Below are positions 1 to 10,758 of a stretch of DNA of 64,000 nucleotides, one piece after another. This stretch comes from Escherichia coli 042 (GTDB taxonomy: Bacteria > Pseudomonadota > Gammaproteobacteria > Enterobacterales > Enterobacteriaceae), in assembly GCF_000027125.1 (NCBI RefSeq), contig NC_017626.1; one strand, written 5' to 3'. The position numbers and the translations under genes were made by a program. The notes beneath the pieces are model-generated. The model was given only the letters and a program-made list of their open reading frames with translations. It was not told the DNA's origin and searched no databases. Position 1 is the first letter of the stretch, and every line of letters starts with the position of its first letter.

Positions 1-101
<101 letters not shown>

Positions 102-296
102 TTAGCTCGAGCTTCGTATGGGGTATTGGCGCCTCGTCAGGCTTTACAGCCCGGTCATCGCAGTTCTATGTGAACTCTCGATTGCCAGGCCCAAATGCCA
201 AACCCGAGATTCTCAAAGGTGGCGTAGTATACGCTGACTCAGCGATGTGCTCAAGTCCCGAACAGACAAAGATCCCGAAGGATCGCGCATAGCGGG

Positions 297-971
297 TTAA
301 ATCCAGCCGCGTTCGGCAAAAGAAACATACTCTCCACGCCCAATCACGATATGGTCGAGCACGCGTAAATCCATGAACTGACAACTCTTTATTATCCGTT
401 CAGTAATGAGTTTATCCGCTTTACTGGGTTCAGCACAACCCGAAGGGTGATTATGTGCAAGGATCAGCGCCGAGGCATTTATTTTTATCGCTTCGCGGAT
501 AATTTCCCGAGGATGGACTTCAACATGGTTTAGCGTGCCGGAAAAAAGACGGCTATGCGTTATAACCCGGTGTTGTGAGTCGAGAAAGATCACCATAAAG
601 ATCTCCCGCTCTTCACCCGTGAGCTGGCTTTGTAAAAATTCCCTCGTCATCTCCGGGCTGAGTAAAGGGCTTTCTTCACGCATCCGCACGTTGTAGTAAC
701 GCCGCGCCAGTTCAGCAATCCCCTTTAACTGGGCAAATTTCGCCACGCCAATTCCATGAACGCCACTAAATTGTTCATATTCAGAGGTTAACAAGCCATA
801 AAGAGAGCCGAAATTCTCCAGCATCTCTTTTGCCAGGGTTAATACATCTTTACCGCGCGTTCCGGTACGCAGAAATAGCGCCAGCAGCTCGACATCCGTT
901 AAGGCGCTAATACCAAACTTCAGCATTTTTTCGCGCGGCATCAACAGCTGTGCATTGTTTTTCACCTTCAC
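297..971 (-). CDS. yicR: UPF0758 / RadC-like JAB-domain protein
   Basis: 224-aa ORF with the HNHPSG JAB/MPN motif; conserved position next to coaBC. Confidence 0.9.
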
Positions 972-1136
972 CTCCTTTGTGGTGCTCGCATCCTGTCATA
1001 GCCGTTCCGTTAAATCGACGGCCAGTTTTCAATCCTGGAAAGCGCCTCGCAAAGTGATTCTCAGGTGAAGGCACGACAACAAAAGTATTGTGATAAAATC
1101 GCCAACTTCTGGTGTCACCCAACAGGAAAAATCATC

Positions 1137-2357
1137 ATGAGCCTGGCCGGTAAAAAAATCGTTCTCGGCGTCAGCGGCGGTATTGCTGCCTATAAAACCC
1201 CTGAACTGGTGCGTCGTTTGCGCGATCGCGGGGCCGACGTCCGCGTAGCCATGACCGAAGCGGCAAAAGCCTTTATCACCCCACTTAGCTTGCAGGCGGT
1301 TTCTGGTTATCCCGTTTCCGACAGTCTGCTGGACCCGGCAGCCGAAGCCGCTATGGGCCATATTGAGCTGGGTAAATGGGCTGATTTAGTGATTCTCGCC
1401 CCTGCCACGGCAGATTTGATTGCCCGTGTTGCTGCCGGAATGGCGAATGATCTGGTATCGACGATTTGTCTGGCCACACCTGCGCCTGTAGCCGTGCTCC
1501 CCGCCATGAACCAGCAGATGTACCGTGCCGCTGCCACGCAGCATAATTTAGAGGTGCTTGCTTCCCGTGGTTTGCTCATCTGGGGGCCAGACAGTGGCAG
1601 TCAGGCTTGTGGTGATATCGGCCCTGGGCGAATGCTCGATCCGTTAACCATTGTTGATATGGCGGTAGCGTATTTTTCGCCCGTCAACGACCTGAAACAT
1701 CTGAACATTATGATTACCGCCGGCCCGACGCGTGAACCGCTCGATCCGGTGCGTTATATCTCTAATCACAGCTCAGGCAAGATGGGTTTTGCTATCGCCG
1801 CCGCCGCTGCCCGTCGTGGCGCGAACGTCACGCTGGTATCAGGTCCGGTTTCACTACCGACGCCACCGTTTGTTAAACGTGTTGATGTGATGACTGCGCT
1901 GGAAATGGAAGCGGCCGTGAATGCTTCTGTACAGCAGCAAAATATTTTTATCGGTTGCGCCGCCGTGGCGGATTATCGCGCAGCTACCGTGGCCCCAGAG
2001 AAAATCAAAAAGCAGGCCACGCAGGGTGATGAATTAACAATAAAAATGGTTAAAAACCCCGATATCGTCGCAGGCGTTGCCGCACTAAAAGACCATCGAC
2101 CCTACGTCGTTGGATTTGCCGCCGAAACAAATAATGTGGAAGAATACGCCCGGCAAAAACGTATCCGTAAAAACCTTGATCTGATCTGCGCGAACGATGT
2201 TTCCCAGCCAACTCAAGGATTTAACAGCGACAACAACGCATTACACCTTTTCTGGCAGGACGGAGATAAAGTCTTACCGCTTGAGCGCAAAGAGCTCCTT
2301 GGCCAATTATTACTCGACGAGATCGTGACCCGTTATGATGAAAAAAATCGACGTTAA
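1137..2357 (+). CDS. coaBC: Bifunctional phosphopantothenoylcysteine decarboxylase / phosphopantothenate-cysteine ligase
   Basis: ORF 1065..2357; start placed at the internal Met giving [20 protein letters not shown] (flavoprotein fold N-terminus); synteny yicR-coaBC-dut. Confidence 0.9.
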
Positions 2358-2793
2358 GATTCTGGACCCGCGCGTTGGGAAGGAATTTCCGCTCCCGACT
2401 TATGCCACCTCTGGCTCTGCCGGACTTGACCTGCGTGCCTGTCTCGACGACGCCGTAGAACTGGCTCCGGGTGACACTACGCTGGTTCCGACCGGGCTGG
2501 CGATTCATATTGCCGATCCTTCACTGGCGGCAATGATGCTGCCGCGCTCCGGATTGGGACATAAGCACGGTATCGTGCTTGGTAACCTGGTAGGATTGAT
2601 CGATTCTGACTATCAGGGCCAGTTGATGATTTCCGTGTGGAACCGTGGTCAGGACAGCTTCACCATTCAACCTGGCGAACGCATCGCCCAGATGATTTTT
2701 GTTCCGGTAGTACAGGCTGAATTTAATCTGGTGGAAGATTTCGACGCCACCGACCGCGGTGAAGGCGGCTTTGGTCACTCTGGTCGTCAGTAA
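2335..2793 (+). CDS. dut: dUTP diphosphatase
   Basis: 152-aa [39 protein letters not shown]; overlaps coaBC end; true start may be the second Met at 2338. Confidence 0.9.
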
Positions 2794-2899
2794 CACATAC
2801 GCATCCGAATAACGTCATAACATAGCCGCAAACATTTCGTTTGCGGTCATAGCGTGGGTGCCGCCTGGCAAGTGCTTATTTTCAGGGGTATTTTGTAAC

Positions 2900-3496
2900 A
2901 TGGCAGAAAAACAAACTGCGAAAAGGAACCGTCGCGAGGAAATACTTCAGTCTCTGGCGCTGATGCTGGAATCCAGCGATGGAAGCCAACGTATCACGAC
3001 GGCAAAACTGGCCGCCTCTGTCGGCGTTTCCGAAGCGGCACTGTATCGCCACTTCCCCAGTAAGACCCGCATGTTCGATAGCCTGATTGAGTTTATCGAA
3101 GATAGCCTGATTACTCGCATCAATCTGATTCTGAAAGATGAGAAGGACACCACAGCGCGCCTGCGTCTGATTGTGTTGCTGCTTCTCGGTTTTGGTGAGC
3201 GTAATCCTGGCCTGACCCGCATCCTCACTGGTCATGCACTAATGTTTGAACAGGATCGCCTGCAAGGGCGCATCAACCAGCTGTTCGAGCGTATTGAAGC
3301 GCAGTTGCGTCAGGTATTGCGCGAAAAGAGAATGCGTGAGGGTGAAGGTTACACCACCGATGAAACCCTGCTGGCAAGCCAGATCCTGGCCTTCTGTGAA
3401 GGTATGCTGTCACGCTTTGTCCGCAGCGAGTTTAAATACCGCCCGACGGATGATTTTGACGCCCGCTGGCCGCTAATTGCCGCACAGTTGCAGTAA
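2900..3496 (+). CDS. slmA: Nucleoid occlusion factor SlmA (TetR family)
   Basis: ORF 2858..3496; start placed at [17 protein letters not shown]; TetR-type HTH; synteny. Confidence 0.9.
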
Positions 3497-3501
3497 TATG
3501 A

Positions 3502-3525
3502 CGCCGGATGACTTTTCATCCGGCG
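3502..3525. terminator. Hairpin between convergent slmA and pyrE (likely bidirectional terminator)
   Basis: cgccggatg-actttt-catccggcg inverted repeat directly after the slmA stop and before the pyrE 3' end. Confidence 0.5.
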
Positions 3526-3532
3526 AGTTTCT

Positions 3533-4174
3533 TTAAACGCCGAACTCTTCGCGATAGGCCTTAACCGCCGCCAGATGTTCCGCCATTTCCGGCTTCTCTT
3601 CCAGGTAAGCAATCAGGTCTTTCAAGGTGATGATAGAGATCACTTTGCAGTTGTAATCACGCTCAACTTCCTGAATTGCCGAAATCTCGCCGCGCCCCCG
3701 TTCCTGACGATCGAGCGAAATCAATACGCCAGCAAGCGTCGCGCCATTGGCCTGAATAATTTCCATCGACTCGCGGATCGCCGTTCCGGCGGTGATCACA
3801 TCATCTACCAGCATTACGCGTCCTTGTAACGCGCTACCAACCAGATTGCCGCCTTCACCGTGGTCTTTTGCCTCTTTGCGGTTAAAGCAGTACGGCAGGT
3901 CAAGGTCATGATGCTCCGCCAGCGCCACGGCGGTAGTGGTCGCAATCGGGATCCCTTTGTAAGCAGGGCCAAACAGCAGATCGAACTCAATGCCGGAATC
4001 CACCAATGCTTCAGCGTAAAAACGGCCTAACAGTGCCAGATCGCGCCCGGTATTAAACAGCCCGGCGTTGAAGAAATAGGGGCTTTTGCGCCCGGACTTC
4101 AGCGTAAACTCGCCAAACTTTAACACCTGCTTGCTAAGCGCAAATTCAATAAACTGGCGCTGATATGGTTTCAT
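3533..4174 (-). CDS. pyrE: Orotate phosphoribosyltransferase
   Basis: ORF 3533..4189; start placed at [17 protein letters not shown]-binding motif [12 protein letters not shown]. Confidence 0.9.
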
Positions 4175-4204
4175 GCCTTCGCTCCTCATCTTACTTTTCT
4201 ACAG

Positions 4205-4233
4205 ACAAAAAAAAGGCGACTCATCAGTCGCCT
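4205..4233 (-). terminator. rph-pyrE intercistronic attenuator / intrinsic terminator
   Basis: On the minus-strand transcript, hairpin aggcgactgatgagtcgcct followed by a U-run (complement of A-run 4205-4213), sitting between rph and pyrE; agrees with the known pyrE attenuation mechanism. Confidence 0.6.
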
Positions 4234-4239
4234 TAAAAA

Positions 4240-4956
4240 TCAGTTTGCCAGCGCCGCCTTCTGCGTCGCTACAATGGATTCGATTCCCCCTCGGGCCAGC
4301 GCCAACAAGGTGAGCAGCTCTTCATGGGTGAACGGCTCGCCTTCTGCCGTCCCCTGCACTTCAATGATGCGCCCGTCTTCGGTCATCACTACGTTCATGT
4401 CGGTCTCTGCGGCTGAGTCTTCAACGTATTCCAGATCGCAAACCGCTTCGCCGTTCACAATCCCGACAGAAACTGCGGCTACCATCCCTTTCATCGGGTT
4501 GGTTTTCAGCTTGCCGTTTTCCACCAGCTTCTGTAGCGCATCTGCCAGCGCCACGCAGGCACCCGTAATCGACGCGGTACGAGTGCCACCATCAGCCTGA
4601 AGCACGTCGCAGTCCAGCGTAATGGTGAACTCACCCAGCGCTTTCAAATCTACTGCCGCACGAAGAGCACGGGCGATCAGACGCTGGATTTCCATGGTGC
4701 GTCCACCCTGCTTACCTTTCGCCGCTTCACGCGCGTTACGGGTGTGGGTAGAACGTGGCAGCATGCCGTACTCTGCGGTGATCCAGCCCTGGCCCTGACC
4801 TTTCAGGAAGCGCGGCACGCCTTCTTCAATAGAGGCGGTACACAATACTTTGGTATCGCCAAATTCGACCAGCACCGAGCCTTCTGCATGTTTTGTATAG
4901 TTACGAGTCAGGGTAACGGGACGCACCTGATTATTGCTACGGCCTGCTGGACGCAT
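4240..4956 (-). CDS. rph: Ribonuclease PH (apparently full-length)
   Basis: ORF 4240..4980; start placed at [15 protein letters not shown]; reading frame runs uninterrupted to ...ATQKAALAN. Confidence 0.9.
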   Translation of the reverse strand: MRPAGRSNNQVRPVTLTRNYTKHAEGSVLVEFGDTKVLCTASIEEGVPRFLKGQGQGWITAEYGMLPRSTHTRNAREAAKGKQGGRTMEIQRLIARALRAAVDLKALGEFTITLDCDVLQADGGTRTASITGACVALADALQKLVENGKLKTNPMKGMVAAVSVGIVNGEAVCDLEYVEDSAAETDMNVVMTEDGRIIEVQGTAEGEPFTHEELLTLLALARGGIESIVATQKAALAN

Positions 4957-5082
4957 ATTGAAATCTCCGGCTTGAAACAAATGTGGCTGCGCATTATACG
5001 GACTTCCGGCGGTTATTCCTATCCTGACAAGGCATCGATGGCTATAATCCTTCCACCTCTCCTTTTATAAACAGGAACGTCT

Positions 5083-5946
5083 ATGATCCGCAGTATGACC
5101 GCCTACGCCCGGCGTGAAATCAAGGGTGAATGGGGGAGCGCAACCTGGGAAATGCGCTCGGTAAACCAGCGTTATCTGGAAACTTACTTTCGTCTGCCGG
5201 AGCAGTTCCGTAGCCTTGAACCTGTCGTTCGCGAGCGTATTCGTTCTCGCCTGACGCGCGGTAAAGTGGAATGTACCCTGCGCTATGAGCCAGATGTTAG
5301 CGCGCAAGGTGAGCTGATCCTCAACGAAAAACTGGCTAAACAGCTGGTAACTGCCGCAAACTGGGTGAAAATGCAGAGTGACGAAGGGGAAATCAACCCG
5401 GTTGATATTCTCCGCTGGCCGGGGGTAATGGCAGCCCAGGAGCAGGATCTCGACGCGATTACCGCTGAAATTCTCGCGGCGCTGGATGGTACGCTGGACG
5501 ACTTTATCGTCGCACGCGAAACCGAAGGTCAGGCGCTGAAAGCATTGATCGAGCAGCGTCTGGAAGGCGTCACCGCCGAAGTGGTCAAAGTCCGCGCCCA
5601 TATGCCGGAAATCCTGCAATGGCAGCGTGAGCGTCTGGTCGCGAAGCTGGAAGATGCTCAGGTGCAACTGGAAAACAACCGTCTGGAGCAGGAGTTGGTT
5701 CTGCTGGCACAACGAATTGACGTTGCCGAAGAACTGGATCGCCTCGAAGCGCATGTCAAAGAGACCTACAACATTCTGAAGAAAAAAGAAGCGGTTGGTC
5801 GTCGTCTGGACTTTATGATGCAGGAGTTCAACCGCGAGTCGAACACTCTTGCGTCGAAATCTATCAATGCCGAAGTGACGAATTCTGCCATCGAGCTGAA
5901 AGTGTTGATTGAGCAGATGCGCGAGCAGATCCAGAATATCGAATAA
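5083..5946 (+). CDS. yicC: YicC family stress-induced protein
   Basis: 287-aa ORF MIRSMTAYARREIKGEWGSATWEMRS; synteny rph-yicC. Confidence 0.9.
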   Translation: MIRSMTAYARREIKGEWGSATWEMRSVNQRYLETYFRLPEQFRSLEPVVRERIRSRLTRGKVECTLRYEPDVSAQGELILNEKLAKQLVTAANWVKMQSDEGEINPVDILRWPGVMAAQEQDLDAITAEILAALDGTLDDFIVARETEGQALKALIEQRLEGVTAEVVKVRAHMPEILQWQRERLVAKLEDAQVQLENNRLEQELVLLAQRIDVAEELDRLEAHVKETYNILKKKEAVGRRLDFMMQEFNRESNTLASKSINAEVTNSAIELKVLIEQMREQIQNIE

Positions 5947-5984
5947 GCTATCAATAAAAATCACCAAGCAGCAAAAAACCACAA

Positions 5985-6009
5985 AGCCCGCGAAATGTCG
6001 GGCTTTTTT
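5985..6009 (+). terminator. Intrinsic terminator after yicC
   Basis: agcccg-cgaaatgt-cgggct hairpin followed by tttttt. Confidence 0.6.
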
Positions 6010-6053
6010 GTTATCATGAGCTATCATAACGACGCAACAAAGCGCACAATATG

Positions 6054-6077
6054 CGTGTACATAGAGGTGTACATAAT
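6054..6077. repeat. Left boundary direct repeat (candidate att / integrase-binding site)
   Basis: cgtgtacatagaggtgtacataat; recurs at 25959..25982 with 2 mismatches; further tgtacat half-sites at about 6085-6106. Confidence 0.5.
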
Positions 6078-6134
6078 GACTTTCATGTACATTGCTTTAT
6101 GTACACACCCATATTCGATATTCAGGTATTCGCA

Positions 6135-7394
6135 ATGCCAAAACTCACAGATATGCAGATCCGCGCATGGATAAAGGCGGGAGACAGATTTGATGGCAAG
6201 GCAGACGGCAACGGCCTTTATATTTGCTACCCAAAAAACTACACAGTCCCGTTCTGGCGATTCCGCTATAAGCTCGCAGGAAAGCAGCGGGCTATGGTTA
6301 TAGGCTCTTACTCCGAACTGTCACTATCAAAAGCCAGAGAAACAGCAAAAGAGCTGTCAGCCAGAGTTGCTCTTGGCTATGACGTAGCAGCAGAGAAACA
6401 GGAACGAAAAGCTGAAGCACTGGCAAAAATGGAGGCTGAGAAAAACGCCATGTGCGTTTCAGATCTGGCCGCCGAATACTTCGAGCGCCAGATACTTCCA
6501 AGATGGAAACATCCCGATATCCTTCGCCGGAGAATTGATAAGGATATTAACCCCTGCATTGGGCATATGAAGGTGGAGGACGTTAAGCCACGCCACATTG
6601 ACGACATGTTGAAAGGTATCGTTGACCGAGGAGCACCAACGATAGCAACAGATGTATTACGCTGGACACGCCGTATCTTTGACTATGGGATAAAACGCCA
6701 CGCTCTGGAGATAAACCCTTGTTCAGCGTTTGAAGTATCTGATGCTGGTGGTAAAGAGGTTTCCCGCGACCGTTGGCTAACTCGCGATGAGCTTATCAGG
6801 CTATTCGAAGCTATGCGCACCGCAAAAGGATTCAGCCGCCAGAACGAACTGACATTTAAGCTATTGCTGGCACTATGCGTTCGTAAGATGGAGTTATGCG
6901 CCGCACGATGGGAAGAGTTTGATTTAGATGGTGCGGTATGGCATTTGCCGGAAGAACGCAGCAAAAACGGAGACCCTATTGATATACCTCTACCTTCCCC
7001 AGCCGTTGAATGGTTGAGAGAGCTACACACCTTTTCATGTAATAGCGCATGGGTGCTTCCAGCCAGGAAGATGCAAAACAGAATGATCCCACATATTCAG
7101 GAAAGCACTTTGCCCGTAGCACTGGCTAAGGTTCGCGCCGAAATACCGGATGTGCCTAATTTCACGATTCACGACTTCCGACGCACCGCACGTACTCATT
7201 TAGCAGCGTTGGGTGTTGATCCTGTCGTGGCGGAACGATGCCTCAATCATCGCATTAAGGGCGTAGAGGGGATTTATAACCGCCATCAGTATTTTGATGA
7301 GCGTAAAGCAGCACTGGCACAGTGGGCTGATCTGCTGGTGGCACTGGAAAGCGGAAAAGACCACAACGTAACGCCTCTCAGAAGGGCGAACTAA
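6135..7394 (+). CDS. Tyrosine recombinase, P4-type integrase
   Basis: ORF 6051..7394; start placed at MPKLTDMQIRAWIKAGDRFDGKADGNGLY (typical P4-int N-terminal arm-binding domain); C-terminal catalytic region HDFRRTARTHL ... NHRIKGVEGIYNRH. Confidence 0.8.
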   Translation: MPKLTDMQIRAWIKAGDRFDGKADGNGLYICYPKNYTVPFWRFRYKLAGKQRAMVIGSYSELSLSKARETAKELSARVALGYDVAAEKQERKAEALAKMEAEKNAMCVSDLAAEYFERQILPRWKHPDILRRRIDKDINPCIGHMKVEDVKPRHIDDMLKGIVDRGAPTIATDVLRWTRRIFDYGIKRHALEINPCSAFEVSDAGGKEVSRDRWLTRDELIRLFEAMRTAKGFSRQNELTFKLLLALCVRKMELCAARWEEFDLDGAVWHLPEERSKNGDPIDIPLPSPAVEWLRELHTFSCNSAWVLPARKMQNRMIPHIQESTLPVALAKVRAEIPDVPNFTIHDFRRTARTHLAALGVDPVVAERCLNHRIKGVEGIYNRHQYFDERKAALAQWADLLVALESGKDHNVTPLRRAN

Positions 7395-7489
7395 CTGAAT
7401 AGATTGAGCCTAGCTCGACGGGGCGAAAAGCGGGAAGCCTTACCGCCTGGCTCAATCACAAAATAAGGCGCAGCGTAAAAGGTGACGCA

Positions 7490-8335
7490 ATGAAAAAACT
7501 ACCACCAAATCTCTTTTTCCGACTTAATAGAGCAGCAAATTTATTAGAAATAGAAGTCGATGATCTTCTACTTATGGGAGTATCAGGCTCTATATTTTTG
7601 AGCACAATAATTCACCAGTATGAAGGCGTACTCTATCAAGCGGGAAACTTGCCACCAGACCACGGCAGCAAAGACATAGAAAACTTATTATTTGGTTCTA
7701 TTATTTCTACTAGAGAAGATACCGAAAGATATCTAAATGAAGGTGTTTTCGATGGTATGAAGTGCTTAGCAAGTGGATTATGGCACGTTCCTAGTGATTT
7801 CATTGCTTCCCTTGCAGGGGTTAAGAGAGCCCCTGACATTCCACTCATATTCTCACCAGCATATATAAAAAAAGAACTAGATATCACATCAGGACGTTAC
7901 TTTTTCTACGATTTTCGCGAACATGATACCACCGTATCGTCTGTGGAAGATTTGTATATATCAAGACCGTGGGTTGAATATATAGCTGAAAGCATGGATA
8001 AAAATCAGCCAATACCCAGCATACTCCATTTGGGTTCACACGATCTTTATGAAAAGGAATTTAAAAACATAGAGCATGGAAATAGAGCACGACATAGCCT
8101 GAACCGTGAGAATAGCATTATGGCGTTGATTTATGTGAAACGGCACTATCCGGAAGAGTGCAAAGGGAAAAACGGGAAAGAAACCAACGAAGCGTGGGCA
8201 AACGCTACGATAGACCACTGGCCACATGTGGGTGGCGATTATGATGAACCATCTACAGATTATTTAAAGAAGATCATATCTGACATGGACAGATTGCCGG
8301 AAAAACGTACCACGGCAGGAAAGAAGAAATCATGA
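7490..8335 (+). CDS. Hypothetical protein, AT-rich orphan cargo gene next to the integrase
   Basis: 281-aa ORF; visibly AT-rich codon usage compared with flanking genes (not computed); no family recognised. Confidence 0.55.
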   Translation: MKKLPPNLFFRLNRAANLLEIEVDDLLLMGVSGSIFLSTIIHQYEGVLYQAGNLPPDHGSKDIENLLFGSIISTREDTERYLNEGVFDGMKCLASGLWHVPSDFIASLAGVKRAPDIPLIFSPAYIKKELDITSGRYFFYDFREHDTTVSSVEDLYISRPWVEYIAESMDKNQPIPSILHLGSHDLYEKEFKNIEHGNRARHSLNRENSIMALIYVKRHYPEECKGKNGKETNEAWANATIDHWPHVGGDYDEPSTDYLKKIISDMDRLPEKRTTAGKKKS

Positions 8336-8447
8336 TAATAAAATTTAGTATCGTGACAATAAAATTTACTGTAATTCACTTTTGAGCATGCACACCATTA
8401 AATACCCGTAACGAAGCAACAACTATCGCTAAGAGGTTACGGGAAGC

Positions 8448-8651
8448 ATGAACACCGACACGATTCCTACAAAAGGCTATATCAGACGCTTTCGCCTGGC
8501 TGAATTGCTGGGCGTTAGTGTATCCACCATCGACCGTAAAGTAAGAAACGGTTCACTACCACGTCCGGTAAAGCTGGGAGAAAAAATAACTGCGTTTGAT
8601 GCGGTTGAGATTCACAACTGGCTGGCAGAACGCCGCGGGAAGGTGGCCTGA
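8448..8651 (+). CDS. AlpA-family prophage transcriptional regulator (HTH)
   Basis: 67 aa; IRRFRLAELLGVSVSTIDRKVRNGSLPRPVKLGEKITAFDAVEIHNWL matches the AlpA/Vis HTH pattern. Confidence 0.75.
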   Translation: MNTDTIPTKGYIRRFRLAELLGVSVSTIDRKVRNGSLPRPVKLGEKITAFDAVEIHNWLAERRGKVA

Positions 8652-9082
8652 TGGAAAAGAAAAACCGCCCATTACAGGCGGCTAATTCAGATACTCGCGT
8701 ATCTGATGTTACGCCCCTTACAAAATCCCTTCAAGCACCAAAGCGCACACCGAAAAAGCATCGTGCCAGAGTCTATATGCTGCGTACTGGTATAGAGGGA
8801 TGGACAGAAAATGACATTCTTCGCTACTGCCGCCTGTCTTCTGGTCGTAACTATGCAACAGAGTTAGAACGCCAGCTTGGAATCACTCTGGAGCGTATCG
8901 ACGAAAAGAATCCTGATGGTATCGGAACACACCTTCGCTACCGTTTCTCCTGCCGCGGTGATGTTCTGAAAGTGATCACTCATATTAACCATCTTGCGAA
9001 CATAAATGATCACAACGGACTTTCTCAGCAGGAAATTGCCGACATTCTGAAACTCTACCCGGACGCGTTTAACGCCGCCTAA
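8651..9082 (+). CDS. Hypothetical protein
   Basis: 143-aa ORF, start overlaps the AlpA stop (translational coupling). Confidence 0.5.
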   Translation: MEKKNRPLQAANSDTRVSDVTPLTKSLQAPKRTPKKHRARVYMLRTGIEGWTENDILRYCRLSSGRNYATELERQLGITLERIDEKNPDGIGTHLRYRFSCRGDVLKVITHINHLANINDHNGLSQQEIADILKLYPDAFNAA

Positions 9083-9094
9083 CGGAGACTGAAA

Positions 9095-9928
9095 ATGAAC
9101 ATCGAAAAAAGCAGATTAATTTCTGAGGCCGCCCCTCATCTGAACGCCTCTCTGGGCACAATTAACGGTAATGAATTTGCCGCAATTGTCCCGGTTATTC
9201 CTGGTCACATCGGTGGGCGTGAAACCAATATTGTTAGCGCAAAAGCGTTACACAAAGCGTTGGGCGTGGGAAAAGACTTCTCTACATGGATCACTGATCG
9301 CATCTCTGAATATGACTTCACCATTGGGCACGATTACTCAGTCCATAAAACAATTTCCCCAAATTTGGGGAAAAGCCCGAATGGCGCGGCTTACAGCAAG
9401 ATTAAGCAGTCTGGCAGACCCGGCAAAGACTATCTGTTAAGTGTCGGAATGGCGAAAGAACTGGCAATGATCGAACGCAATGATCAGGGTCGCGCTATCC
9501 GTCGTTATTTCATCCAGTGCGAGGAAGAATTACAGCGTAGCGTGCCTGAAATCGCCGCCCGCTATCGTCGCCAGCTAAAAGCCCGTATCAGTGCCGCAAA
9601 CAACTTTAAGCCAATGTGCGATGCGCTGAATATGGCCCGTGCCGAGCAGGGGAAAACGACGCAGCAACACCACTACACAAACGAGAGCAATATGATTTCT
9701 CGTATCGTTCTTGGAGGGCTAACTGCTAAGCAGTGGGCGCGGATAAATGGCTATTCTGGCGAACCTCGCGACCATATGAACGCAGAACAGCTTGAGCACC
9801 TCTCATATCTCGAAAGCACCAATATCACGTTAATTGATATGGGCATGGAATATGAGCAGCGCAAAGGAGAACTCACCCGCCTGTCGCAACGCTGGCTCGC
9901 CAAGCGTCTGGAGGCGGTCCATGTTTAA
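9095..9928 (+). CDS. Phage antirepressor-like protein (KilA-C / Ant-type)
   Basis: 277 aa; the segment DYLLSVGMAKELAMIERNDQGRAIRRYFIQCEEE resembles the KilA-C/antirepressor signature. Confidence 0.55.
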   Translation: MNIEKSRLISEAAPHLNASLGTINGNEFAAIVPVIPGHIGGRETNIVSAKALHKALGVGKDFSTWITDRISEYDFTIGHDYSVHKTISPNLGKSPNGAAYSKIKQSGRPGKDYLLSVGMAKELAMIERNDQGRAIRRYFIQCEEELQRSVPEIAARYRRQLKARISAANNFKPMCDALNMARAEQGKTTQQHHYTNESNMISRIVLGGLTAKQWARINGYSGEPRDHMNAEQLEHLSYLESTNITLIDMGMEYEQRKGELTRLSQRWLAKRLEAVHV

Positions 9929-10103
9929 GCCGACAGGAACACCACAACCTCAAAAACGCTACAAAGATGCCCACGGAGCACTCGTTACTGTCGAAAGCGT
10001 GTCTCACAACCGAGTGACGTTTTATCGCGACGGGTATCAATCGCCATGCGTACAACCGCTGGCGCGCTTCATGAAGGAGTTCGCGGAGGTTAACAAATGC
10101 TAA
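9921..10103 (+). CDS. Hypothetical small protein
   Basis: 60 aa; ATG overlaps the stop of the upstream gene. Confidence 0.4.
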   Translation: MFKPTGTPQPQKRYKDAHGALVTVESVSHNRVTFYRDGYQSPCVQPLARFMKEFAEVNKC

Positions 10104-10599
10104 CCGTCCAGAAGAAGATATTTTCACTGGCTGGTATGTCGCCAAAATCCAGCAATATGACAGCAAAGTCTGGCATTAATACAGCAGATGCAAGCAAAGT
10201 TTATCATTTTCTGGTGGTAGGAGCGGATGCCTTAACTATGTCAGAAATTACGGTCGATGGTGTTAGCGTTGAGAAGGTCGGCGGCTGCGCCAGAGAATTT
10301 CTGGTCGTAGATGGCTTTCTCTGCTCGCGTAGTGACTCCACAAAAACCTTCGTCCACACGCGCGACGTTAACGAAATGAGCGCGATGTATTGTGCATCTG
10401 GTGCTTCCAATAGTGAGTTTTCGGAGTCCATAAAAAAGAGCTTGCCGTTATGCGGCAACACGGTTTATGGTTATAAGGCACCTCATAAAACGGGTGCCGG
10501 GATTGGCGTCCTGGTAAATCGAATGGCGACATATGACGCGCCGAGCGTCTTTTTTTATGTCGTAGGTCTGACTCACCCATTTTTTGGGCGTTGGTGTAT

Positions 10600-10730
10600 A
10601 ATCCAGCGCCTTTGTCAATCAATGGTGGCTCAGGCAGGGGCTTCTTCGGAAGCGCCGGTATCCATTCGAGCCGGTTACGCCAACCCTGTCTGGGCTACCA
10701 CCAGCGAAATTGGCGTTTCCGGTGGTAGCG
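10600..10730 (+). ncRNA. Candidate structured RNA (P1 C4 / P4 CI-type immunity RNA) upstream of the icd-like ORF
   Basis: Block conserved with 51380..51505; the stem gctaccacc/ggtggtagc here corresponds to gctatcgcc/ggcgatagc there (compensatory changes), and a second hairpin gcttc/gaagc corresponds to cagcc/ggctg. Confidence 0.45.
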
Positions 10731-10758
10731 TTACATGCTATCGAATGGAGGCTGCCAC

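Noticed and set aside
166-384. 72-aa minus-strand ORF
   Set aside because: Overlaps the yicR 3' end and the yicR-rpmB intergenic region out of frame; rpmB starts at complement 80
5065-6027. 320-aa minus-strand ORF
   Set aside because: Antisense to yicC across its whole length; yicC is the conserved gene at this position
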